Assembly (NCBI GenBank): GCA_963720545.1
Contig: OY970399.1
Location: 1,056,001 to 1,120,000 of the forward strand
Direction of reading: 5' to 3'
Length of the DNA: 64,000 bases
Source of the DNA: an uncultured Acidobacteriota bacterium
Lineage (GTDB): Bacteria > Acidobacteriota > Vicinamibacteria > Fen-336
Position numbers and translations under genes: made by a program. The stretch's first letter is position 1; the number at the start of each line of letters is the position of its first letter. Below the pieces are notes generated by a model that was not told where the DNA came from, searched no databases, and saw only the letters and a list, made by a program, of their open reading frames with translations. Below, one piece after another: positions 53,648 through 61,599 of the stretch.

Positions 53648-54811
53648 ATGCCGCGTTCACTCACCCAGGCGACCACGAGGCAAGCACCGGGCGGCCGCAT
53701 CCCACCGAACCGCAGCCTGCACCTGTTCGCGCCCGGCCAGGTGCTCGCGAGCCCGGAAACCCCTGAGCGCTACGAGATCAAGCACCTCGTCGGTCACGGC
53801 GGCTTCGGCCAGGTCTATCTCGCACGCCGCCTCGGCCGCTCCTCGGCCATTCCGCAGCAGGTGTGCATCAAGGTCTCGACGCGGATCGACGGCTGGCTGC
53901 GCGAGGCGCACTTCGGCCAGGCGCTCGCCACCGAAGCGCGCGCCATCCGCCTCTACGACCGCTTCCCGCTGGTGCGCCCCGACGGCCAGATCCTCTATTG
54001 CCTGGCGCTCGAATACGCGACCGGCGGCGACCTCAGCGCGTTCCTGTTCCGCAATCGCAAGGGCTGGCCCGAGACACGGGTGCGCCGTGAGATCGCCGGC
54101 CTGCTGCAGGTGCTCGGCAAGCTGCACCGCGGCCAGATGCTGCACCGCGACCTGACACCACTGAACGTGTTCGTTTGCGAGGAGACACGCCTGAAACTCG
54201 GCGACTTCGGCATCGTGCGCCACCTCGTGAACAAGAGCGGTGTCAACACCCGCACCTTCAACCCCTTTCTGGCGCCGAAGGAGATCTTCTCGGGCGCCAT
54301 CCCGAAGTGGCAGGCGCGCGACGACATCTACCAGATCGGCCAGTTGTGCGGGATGCTCGTGAAAGGCGACGCGCGCGAACGCGTGCGCACCAGCGAGGTG
54401 CGGCGCTTTACCTGCAGCGACCACCTCAAGGAGATCATCTACCGCTGCATCGGGCAGCGCAGCCGCCGCTACCGCAACGCGGACGAGCTGGTGGCGGCGC
54501 TCAACACCCAGTCGGCGAAGCTGCGCACCAGCGGTTCGCTGCGCACGCTGAAGGGTGCGCACGTCGCCTTCACCGGCATCCTCAAGATGAAGCGCGAGGA
54601 CGCCATGAAGGCGGCGCGCCGCGCCGGCGCCACCGTGCACCGAGCACCTTCGGTCACCACCAACGTGGTGGTGCGCGGCCGCCCCAACCCGCTGCAGGCG
54701 GCCGGCCGTGAAGGCGGACGCAAGCTGATGGAGCTGAAACGCCTGCGCGCCCGCGGCGTGCGCATCTCGCTGCTGAGCGAAGCGGCGTTTCGCCGCCTCA
54801 TCGGCAAGTAG
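53648..54811 (+). CDS. Hanks-type Ser/Thr protein kinase fused to a C-terminal BRCT domain
   Basis: ATG 53648; GHGGFGQVY, VCIK, LEYATGGDL, HRDLTPLN, DFG, APKE; C-terminal VAFTGILKMKREDA...AGATV...TNVVVRG...GRKL...LLSEAAF. Confidence 0.85.
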   Translation: MPRSLTQATTRQAPGGRIPPNRSLHLFAPGQVLASPETPERYEIKHLVGHGGFGQVYLARRLGRSSAIPQQVCIKVSTRIDGWLREAHFGQALATEARAIRLYDRFPLVRPDGQILYCLALEYATGGDLSAFLFRNRKGWPETRVRREIAGLLQVLGKLHRGQMLHRDLTPLNVFVCEETRLKLGDFGIVRHLVNKSGVNTRTFNPFLAPKEIFSGAIPKWQARDDIYQIGQLCGMLVKGDARERVRTSEVRRFTCSDHLKEIIYRCIGQRSRRYRNADELVAALNTQSAKLRTSGSLRTLKGAHVAFTGILKMKREDAMKAARRAGATVHRAPSVTTNVVVRGRPNPLQAAGREGGRKLMELKRLRARGVRISLLSEAAFRRLIGK

Positions 54812-56158
54812 TTACGAAGCGCCGCCCCACTGCAGGTTTTCGAAGCGCGTGTATTCCTTCACGAACGCGAGGCGCACCGAACCGGTCGGGCCGTTGCGCT
54901 GCTTGGCGATGATGATCTCGGCGATGCCGCGATTCTCGTCGGTCGCCTTGTACTCCTCCTCGCGGTAAATCATCATCACCACGTCCGCGTCCTGTTCGAT
55001 GGCACCCGACTCGCGCAGGTCGGAGAGCTGTGGCCGGCGGTCGGTGCGCGCCTCCGGGGCGCGTGACAGCTGCGAGAGCGCGATCACCGGCAGTCCCAGC
55101 TCCTTGGCGAGCCCCTTCAAAGAGCGGCTGATGGCGGAGATCTCCTGCTGGCGGTTCTCGACGCGGCCGCCGAGCGTGATGAGCTGCAGGTAGTCCACGA
55201 TCACCAGGCCCAGGCCGTGCTCGGCCTTGAGGCGGCGGCACTTCGCGCGCATCTCGAGCGGCGTGATCGAGGCCGAGTCGTCGATGAAGATCTTCGACGC
55301 CGAGAGGTCGGCGTACGCCTTGGCGAGCCGCGCCCAGTCTTTTTCCTGCAGCGAGCCGGTGCGCAGGCGATGCGCGTCCACGCGCGCGTCGCCGGTGAGC
55401 AGGCGCAGCACCAGCTGCTCCTTCGACATCTCGAGTGAGAACACTCCAACGGTTTCGCCGGCCACCGCCGAGGCGTTGTGCGCGACGTTCAGGGCGAAGG
55501 AGGTCTTGCCCATCGCCGGCCGCGCGGCGACGATCACGAGGTCGCCCTTCTGCAGGCCGCTGGTGCGCTCGTCGAGGTCGACGAAGCCGGTGGGCACACC
55601 GGTGACCCGGTCTTTCGAATGCGACAGCTGGTCGATGGTACGGAAGCTTTCCTTGACGATGTCGCGGATGCCGACGAAGCCGGCGCGGATGCGGTTGTCG
55701 GCGATCTCGAAGATCGAGCGCTCCGCCTCGTCGAGCACGTTGGCCGCGTCTTCCTCGGCCTCGTACGCGGTCTGCGCGATGCGCTGGCTCGCGTGAATCA
55801 GCCGGCGCAACACCGACTTCTCCTTGATGATGCGGCTCCACGGCTCGACGTTCGTGAGCCGCGGCAGCCCGTCGACGAGCGCCGCGAGGTAGGCGACGCC
55901 GCCGACCGCCTCCAGCGCCTGCTGGCGGCCGAGTTCGTCCTTGAGCGTCACCAGGTCGATCGGCTGGCTGCGCTCGGAGAGCGACGCCATCGCCTCGAAG
56001 ATGCGGCGGTGCCCTTCCTTGTAGAAGTCCTCGCGCGAGAGGACCTCGGCCGCGGAGTTGAAGGCGCTGTCGTCCACCAGCACCGCGCCGAGCACCGTGC
56101 GCTCGGCGTCGAGGTTGTGGGGTAGCGTCCGCTCCTTCGGCAGGGTCTCGGTAGCCAT
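54812..56158 (-). CDS. dnaB: Replicative DNA helicase
   Basis: AARPAMGKT, FSLEMS, IVDYLQL, LSQLSR, DLRESGAIEQDAD, KQRNGPTG; no intein. Confidence 0.98.
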   Translation of the reverse strand: MATETLPKERTLPHNLDAERTVLGAVLVDDSAFNSAAEVLSREDFYKEGHRRIFEAMASLSERSQPIDLVTLKDELGRQQALEAVGGVAYLAALVDGLPRLTNVEPWSRIIKEKSVLRRLIHASQRIAQTAYEAEEDAANVLDEAERSIFEIADNRIRAGFVGIRDIVKESFRTIDQLSHSKDRVTGVPTGFVDLDERTSGLQKGDLVIVAARPAMGKTSFALNVAHNASAVAGETVGVFSLEMSKEQLVLRLLTGDARVDAHRLRTGSLQEKDWARLAKAYADLSASKIFIDDSASITPLEMRAKCRRLKAEHGLGLVIVDYLQLITLGGRVENRQQEISAISRSLKGLAKELGLPVIALSQLSRAPEARTDRRPQLSDLRESGAIEQDADVVMMIYREEEYKATDENRGIAEIIIAKQRNGPTGSVRLAFVKEYTRFENLQWGGAS

Positions 56159-56171
56159 CGCTACCCGGAAC

Positions 56172-56618
56172 TTACCCTTCCTTGGTGACGAGCAGCTTCA
56201 AAGTTGCGGTGACGTCGGCGTGCAGGCGGATCTTCACGTCGGCTTCGCCCAGCTTCTTGATGGGCTCGTCGAGCTGCACCTTGCGCTTGTCGAGCTCGAT
56301 GCCCTTGGTCTTGAGGAAGTCGGCGACGTCGCCGGAGGTGACCGAACCGTAGAGCACTTCGTTTTCGCCGACCTTGCGCGGCGCGATGAAGCGCAGCGTG
56401 GCGATGCGCTGCGCCAGGCTCTCGAACTCGGCCTTTTCGCGCGCGGCGCGGGCCTGGTGGGCCTTGTGCTCCTTCTCGATCACCGCCTTGTTCGACTCGG
56501 TGACGGGCAGCGCCAGGCCGCGCGGCAGCAGGTAGTTGCGCCCGTAGCCCTCGGCGACCTTCACCACTTCGCCGCGGCTGCCGAGCGATTGCACGTCGTC
56601 TCTCAGAATGACTTCCAT
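56172..56618 (-). CDS. rplI: 50S ribosomal protein L9
   Basis: MEVIL..V..LG..GEVVKVAEGYGRNYLLP, LYGSVT. Confidence 0.97.
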   Translation of the reverse strand: MEVILRDDVQSLGSRGEVVKVAEGYGRNYLLPRGLALPVTESNKAVIEKEHKAHQARAAREKAEFESLAQRIATLRFIAPRKVGENEVLYGSVTSGDVADFLKTKGIELDKRKVQLDEPIKKLGEADVKIRLHADVTATLKLLVTKEG

Positions 56619-56648
56619 TTTCTTGCTCCTAGAACGAAACGGTGAAGA

Positions 56649-57596
56649 TCAAGCCTCAGGCTTCGGGTCGGCGAAGCGCCGCACGTCGAGCCAGGTGTCG
56701 AAAAACCCGAGGCACGCCAGCACGTAGGGCGACCATGCGGGAATCAGGATCAGCAGCAGCAGCAGTGCCCGCAGCAGCGGCGGTCCGGCCATGCGCCGGA
56801 CGTAGTAGAGCGCGATCGCGAACCCCTGCAGCGCGAAGAAGAAGCCGAGGATGGCGAGGGCGTTGTAGGCGAATGGCCGGAGCGGCTCCCAGAAAAGCGC
56901 CGGCGCGCTCAGCAGGAACAGGCCAACCGCGGCGATCGGCAGGCGCATCGCCTCGAACGAATCGGCGCCGAGGAGCGCTGGCTGGTGGCGCGCCACGAAG
57001 TAGCGGACCACGGCCGCCTGCGCCAGCACCACGAGGCACGCGAACACGATGGCGGCCGCGGGATAGATGACGAGCGCGATGCGCGACACGGCCTGCATCT
57101 GCTCGGTCCACGCGGCGACGTTCTCGGGCGGGAAGCCGCTCTGCGCGAGCGCCTCGGGTGCCGCCATCTTCGCGAACGCTTCCTTGAGGCTCGCCGTGAC
57201 CGCCGAGTTGCCGACCGCGACGAGCACCAGCGCGATCTGCGCAAACAGCAGCCAGAACGCGAGCATCACGCCCGTGCGCAGACCGCGGCCGCGCGCCACC
57301 GACTCGCCGATGAGCAGCGCCGGCGCCGCCTGGAACAGCACGAACACCAGGCCGTGCGACGGAGTGAGCACGGCGCCGGCGAGCGCCATCGCCAGCACGG
57401 TGGCGACGAGGGCGCTGCGCAGCCCCATGCGGATGCGCTCGATCGCGAGCGGCACGCCGGCGACGAACGTCAGCAGCACGGCAAAGGGCACCACGTGCGG
57501 GGCGACGAACAACGCCGCGGCCAGGACCGCGGCGAGGATCGCCGTCACGCCGCGCAGGCGGCTTTGCGAAATGGAAACCGTGCCGCTGCCGTTCAC
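56649..57596 (-). CDS. YybS/DUF2232 family membrane protein
   Basis: Multi-TM; FALQG and LGFFDTWLDVRR terminal motif; located between rpsR and rplI. Confidence 0.82.
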   Translation of the reverse strand: MNGSGTVSISQSRLRGVTAILAAVLAAALFVAPHVVPFAVLLTFVAGVPLAIERIRMGLRSALVATVLAMALAGAVLTPSHGLVFVLFQAAPALLIGESVARGRGLRTGVMLAFWLLFAQIALVLVAVGNSAVTASLKEAFAKMAAPEALAQSGFPPENVAAWTEQMQAVSRIALVIYPAAAIVFACLVVLAQAAVVRYFVARHQPALLGADSFEAMRLPIAAVGLFLLSAPALFWEPLRPFAYNALAILGFFFALQGFAIALYYVRRMAGPPLLRALLLLLILIPAWSPYVLACLGFFDTWLDVRRFADPKPEA

Positions 57597-57611
57597 AGCA
57601 GTGAGAAATAG

Positions 57612-57953
57612 CTACTCGGCGGCGTACGGGAGCAAGGCAATGGCGCGGGCGCGCTGAATCGCCTTGGTGACCTTGCGCTGGTGCTCGGCACAGGTGCCGA
57701 ACATGCGGCGCGGCAGGATCTTGCCGCGCTCGGGCGCAAACGCCTGCAGCAGCTTCAGGTCCTTGTAGTCGATGTAGTCGATCTTCTCGACGCAGAACTT
57801 GCACACCTTGCGGCGGCGGAAGAAGAAGCGCTTGCCGCCTTCCTTGCCTGCGCCGGCGCCGGCACCCTTGCCGCCGCCCACCCGGCCGCCACGATCGCCG
57901 CGGTCGCCACGGTCCATGCCGCCGCCCATGCCTTCGAAGTTGGAACTCACCAC
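57612..57953 (-). CDS. rpsR: 30S ribosomal protein S18 (zinc form, Gly/Arg-rich N-terminal extension)
   Basis: [31 protein letters not shown]. Confidence 0.96.
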   Translation of the reverse strand: MVSSNFEGMGGGMDRGDRGDRGGRVGGGKGAGAGAGKEGGKRFFFRRRKVCKFCVEKIDYIDYKDLKLLQAFAPERGKILPRRMFGTCAEHQRKVTKAIQRARAIALLPYAAE

Positions 57954-58348
57954 TGCACCCCTTCCCCGCCGGCGTTCTCGGCCTTAGCCTGGCGCGCGCG
58001 GCGCTTCGGCTCGTCCGCCGCGCGGCGCGCCTTGCGCCGCTCCGCCTTGCGCAGCTCGTCGTCGACGCGCACACAGATGTGGCGAATGATGCCGTCGGTG
58101 ACGTTCATGCGCCGCTCGACTTCCTTCATCAGCGGCCCGCTGCCCTCGGCAACCAGCAGGACATAGGAGCCTTCGCGATGCCGGCCGACGTTGTAGGCGA
58201 GGCGCTTCTTGCCCCACTTCTCGTTCTTGCTGATCTTGCCGCCCTCACGCTCGACGAAACCGGAAACAGTCGTGGCCAGCGCCTCGACATCGGTCTCGGA
58301 GAGATTGGGATCGGCGATAAACAACACTTCGTACGTACGATCGCTCAA
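57947..58348 (-). CDS. rpsF: 30S ribosomal protein S6
   Basis: [25 protein letters not shown] start with GAGGAGG RBS. Confidence 0.96.
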   Translation of the reverse strand: MSDRTYEVLFIADPNLSETDVEALATTVSGFVEREGGKISKNEKWGKKRLAYNVGRHREGSYVLLVAEGSGPLMKEVERRMNVTDGIIRHICVRVDDELRKAERRKARRAADEPKRRARQAKAENAGGEGVQW

Positions 58349-58351
58349 GTT

Positions 58352-58416
58352 TCCTCCTCATGGATCAAGCCTCTTTGGCTGCCGCATTGCGCGGGAGCTA
58401 CCGGAAGCAAGGAGCT
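58352..58416 (-). promoter_or_regulatory. Candidate S6:S18 ribosomal leader RNA
   Basis: CTCCTTGCT (58414-58406) complementary to the AGGAGG RBS, with internal hairpins; matches the general S6:S18 leader layout. Confidence 0.65.
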
Positions 58417-58624
58417 ACGAAGCAGTCAGTTTAATCGAAATGTGCCCCGCACAGTGAGTCCCGGGCTACGGCAAGCGCCCATGTCCCCAACTCGTGGTGG
58501 GTGCAGAAAAAGTGGCTACTATTCCGGGGGGCTGTGGCATACTCCCCCGACTCCCGCCGATCATCCAAAGCGCGATAACTAAACGGCGTGAGCCTTATGA
58601 GACGCGAGACGCCAGGAGGAGAAC

Positions 58625-59167
58625 TTGAGCCAATACCGGCCCGCCACCGCGGGTGCCCTTGCCTTGATGCTGTGCGCGGTCCTGTTCGCGTGCGGCGACA
58701 GTCCCTCGAACCCCACGGTGAACGCCACGCCGACTCCGGCGCCGACACCAATACCCACACCGACGCCGGCGCCCACGCCGACCCCCACGCCGGCGAAGGC
58801 CGCCTGCAAGCTGTCCGAACTGGCCGACTGCGGCTTCGGCGGCTGTTGCCGCGAAGGCGGCGCCGAGCAGTTCAATGCCGAGGTCGCCGCCGCCCAGGCC
58901 GACCTGGCCCGCACCAACCCCGAGATCTTCGACCGCGACGGCCGGCTCGAGGTCAGCGAACAGGAGTACACCGACCTGCTCGCAGACCGCATCGTGCAGA
59001 TGACGAACGGCGCCGTGTGTGCCGTGGGCTCCGGCGGCTCGACCTCGCGCGACGAGATCCGGGTCAAGCGCGACAACAACCTCTCGCAGCACGTCGACGT
59101 CATCGTGGGCTCGAGCAACAAACCCTGGGTCGGCAAGCGCTACACCTGCCGTCCGGCCAGCTTCTAG
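58625..59167 (+). CDS. Hypothetical Cys-rich lipoprotein with Pro-Thr linker
   Basis: GGAGGA RBS plus TTG; lipobox LFA-C; (PT)n linker; six further Cys; ends YTCRPASF. Confidence 0.78.
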   Translation: MSQYRPATAGALALMLCAVLFACGDSPSNPTVNATPTPAPTPIPTPTPAPTPTPTPAKAACKLSELADCGFGGCCREGGAEQFNAEVAAAQADLARTNPEIFDRDGRLEVSEQEYTDLLADRIVQMTNGAVCAVGSGGSTSRDEIRVKRDNNLSQHVDVIVGSSNKPWVGKRYTCRPASF

Positions 59168-59179
59168 AACCGTCGTCAA

Positions 59180-59214
59180 GGCGTCGAAGCGCTCGCGATG
59201 GGCGCTTCGACGCC
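59180..59214. terminator. Hairpin between the convergent lipoprotein and pth genes
   Basis: Perfect 13-bp stem ggcgtcgaagcgc/gcgcttcgacgcc. Confidence 0.6.
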
Positions 59215-59216
59215 GC

Positions 59217-59807
59217 TCAGCCCGCCTGCTTGCGGGGCGTGTTGAACCGGTTCATGGCGGTGACGACGCCTTCCTGCAGCGCCACCACCGCGGCATCGGC
59301 GGCGGCGCCGATGCTCTCCTGCACGACCAGCACTTCCTCGGGCGAGAAGTCGGAGAGCACGTAGCCCGCGAGGTCTTCGGGAACCGAATCCTCGCGTATG
59401 CCGATGCGGATGCGGGCGAACTCGTCCGTGCCCAGCTGGTCGATGATCGAGCGGACGCCGTTGTGGCCGCCGTGGGTGCCGCGCTCGCGCACCCGCAGCG
59501 TGCCGAGGTCGAGAGCCATGTCGTCGAACACCACGACGAGGTCGGCCGGCGAGAGGCCGCGGCTCTCGAGGAGCCAGGCGGCGGCGTAGCCGCTGCGGTT
59601 CATGAAGGTCTGCGGCTTGGCGAGCAGCACCTCCTGCCCGCCGAGCGCCACCGCAGCCACGGTGCAGAGGTGCTCGTCGCTCCAGCGCCCTGGTGACGCC
59701 GCGCGGGCGAGGAGTTCGTCGACCACCATGAACCCGGCGTTGTGCCGGGTCCTTCGGTAGCGGTCTCCCGGGTTGCCGAGCCCCATGATGACGACGACGC
59801 GCACCAT
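59217..59807 (-). CDS. pth: Peptidyl-tRNA hydrolase
   Basis: ATG 59807: GLGNPG..Y..TRHNAGF, KPQTFMNRSG, GGHNG, RIRIGI. Confidence 0.96.
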   Translation of the reverse strand: MVRVVVIMGLGNPGDRYRRTRHNAGFMVVDELLARAASPGRWSDEHLCTVAAVALGGQEVLLAKPQTFMNRSGYAAAWLLESRGLSPADLVVVFDDMALDLGTLRVRERGTHGGHNGVRSIIDQLGTDEFARIRIGIREDSVPEDLAGYVLSDFSPEEVLVVQESIGAAADAAVVALQEGVVTAMNRFNTPRKQAG

Positions 59808-59827
59808 TCGGCCCTCCGGGAGGCGGC

Positions 59828-60520
59828 CTACTTCTTGTCTTTCTTCTCGGCCTTCTCTTCGGGAGCGGCCTCGCCTTCGGCTGCGGTCTTGCCCTTCTTG
59901 ATGACTTCGGGCTCGACGGCGCCCTCGGCGGCAACCGCCTCGACGGCCACCGGCGCCTCTTCCTCGCGCGGCGCGACCACGTGGACCACGACGATGTCCT
60001 CGTTGGTCAGGGTGGTGACGTTCGCCGGGATCTGCAGGTCGGAGACGCGCAGGTGCTTGCCGAGCTCGAGGCCGCTGACGTCCACCACGATCTTTTCTGG
60101 GATGTCGGTCGGCAGGCACTCGATATCGAGCTCGCGGGTGACGAAGTCGAGGACTCCGCCCTGCAGCTTGACGCCCACCGGGATGCCGACCAGCTCAATG
60201 TGCACCTGCACTTCGATGGTCTTGTCGAGGGCGACCTCGTAGAAGTCGGCGTGCAGCAGGCCGCCCTTCACCGGATCCACCTGGTAGTCCTTCAGGATCA
60301 CCTTGCGGCGCGTCCCCGAATAGTCGAGGTCGAAGAGCGTGTTGGCGCCCGTGGCGCTGCGCAGGATGGCCGTGATCTCCTTGGGCTTCACGGAGATGCT
60401 GATTGTCTTCTTGCCGCGGCCGTACAAGGTGCCCGGCAGGTCGCCCCCGGTGCGGGCGCGGAAATTGGCGTTCTTGCCCAGTTCGGTTCGTTCCTGGGCG
60501 GCGATGACGATTTCAGGCAT
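59828..60520 (-). CDS. rplY: 50S ribosomal protein L25/Ctc
   Basis: PGTLYG, YQVDPV..LLHADF, GVKLQGGVL, EPEVIKKGK. Confidence 0.96.
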   Translation of the reverse strand: MPEIVIAAQERTELGKNANFRARTGGDLPGTLYGRGKKTISISVKPKEITAILRSATGANTLFDLDYSGTRRKVILKDYQVDPVKGGLLHADFYEVALDKTIEVQVHIELVGIPVGVKLQGGVLDFVTRELDIECLPTDIPEKIVVDVSGLELGKHLRVSDLQIPANVTTLTNEDIVVVHVVAPREEEAPVAVEAVAAEGAVEPEVIKKGKTAAEGEAAPEEKAEKKDKK

Positions 60521-60535
60521 TTGCGTAGTCTCTCA

Positions 60536-61480
60536 TTAAACGAACAAACTCGTAACCGACGCTTCCTCGTGGATGCTGCGGATGGCCTTCCCCAGCAGCT
60601 CGCCGATCGACAGGACCTTGAGCTTGGGATGCGCCAGCTTCTCTTCGGTCATCGGGATGGAATCGGTGACGATCAGCTGGCTTATCGGGCTGTCGGCGAT
60701 GCGCCGCATGGCGTCACCGGACAGCACCGCATGGCTCGAGGAGGCGAGCACCTCCCGGGCTCCGGCTTCCTTGATGGCGGCCGCGACCTTGGTCAGGGTG
60801 CCGCCGGTGTCGACGATGTCGTCGACGATGAGGGCGGTCATGCCGGAAACGTCGCCGACCACGTTGTGTACCTCCGCGACGTTCGGCGAGTCGCGGCGCT
60901 TGTCGACGATGGCGAGCCGGGCATCGAGCCGCTTCGAGTACGCGCGCGCCCGCTCGACGCCGCCGGCGTCGGGCGACACCACCACGAGATCGTCGAGCTT
61001 GCGTTTCGCGACGTAGTCGAGGAGCACCGGGGCGGCGAACAGGTGGTCGACGGGCACGTTGAAGAAGCCCTGTATCTGCGCGGCGTGCAGGTCCATGGTG
61101 AGGACCCGGTCGGTGCCGGCGGTGGTCAGCAGGTCGGCCACCAGCTTCGCGGTGATCGGCACCCGCGGCTTGTCCTTGCGATCCTGGCGCGCATAGCCGT
61201 AGTAAGGGATGACTGCGGTCAGCCGCGAGGCGCTCGAACGCTTGAAGGCGTCGAGCATCACCAGCAGCTCCATGAGGTTCTCGTTCACCGGTTGCGCGGT
61301 CGGCTGGACCACGAAGACATCGGCGCCGCGCACGTTTTCCTTGATCTGGAACCAGATCTCGCCGTCGCTGAACCGCGACAGATAGCACTGACCGAGCGGC
61401 ACCCCAAGATAGCGGGCTATCGACTGTGCCAGCCTCGGGTGCGCGCTTCCGGAGAAGATCTTGAGTTCTCTGCCTGCCAT
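60536..61480 (-). CDS. prs: Ribose-phosphate pyrophosphokinase
   Basis: FSDGE, PYYGYARQDRK, DLHAAQIQGFF, VSPDAGG, VDDIVDTGGT. Confidence 0.98.
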   Translation of the reverse strand: MAGRELKIFSGSAHPRLAQSIARYLGVPLGQCYLSRFSDGEIWFQIKENVRGADVFVVQPTAQPVNENLMELLVMLDAFKRSSASRLTAVIPYYGYARQDRKDKPRVPITAKLVADLLTTAGTDRVLTMDLHAAQIQGFFNVPVDHLFAAPVLLDYVAKRKLDDLVVVSPDAGGVERARAYSKRLDARLAIVDKRRDSPNVAEVHNVVGDVSGMTALIVDDIVDTGGTLTKVAAAIKEAGAREVLASSSHAVLSGDAMRRIADSPISQLIVTDSIPMTEEKLAHPKLKVLSIGELLGKAIRSIHEEASVTSLFV

Positions 61481-61524
61481 GTCCTCAGCCTGAATATGGG
61501 GTCCATCCCGCGGCCACCCCTATC

Positions 61525-61599
61525 TGGCTGGGGCGGAAGGATTCGAACCTTCGAGTGCGGGGTTCAAAGCCCCGTGCCTTACCGCTTGGCTACGCCCCA
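61525..61599 (-). tRNA. tRNA-Gln(TTG)
   Basis: TGGGGCG acceptor, CGGGG-CTTTGAA-CCCCG anticodon arm, GTTCGAA, CCA. Confidence 0.96.

Noticed and set aside
54812..56158. Possible intein or intron in dnaB (also checked rpoB, rpoC and the tRNAs)
   Set aside because: Lengths and motifs are continuous and canonical; no splicing motifs seen.
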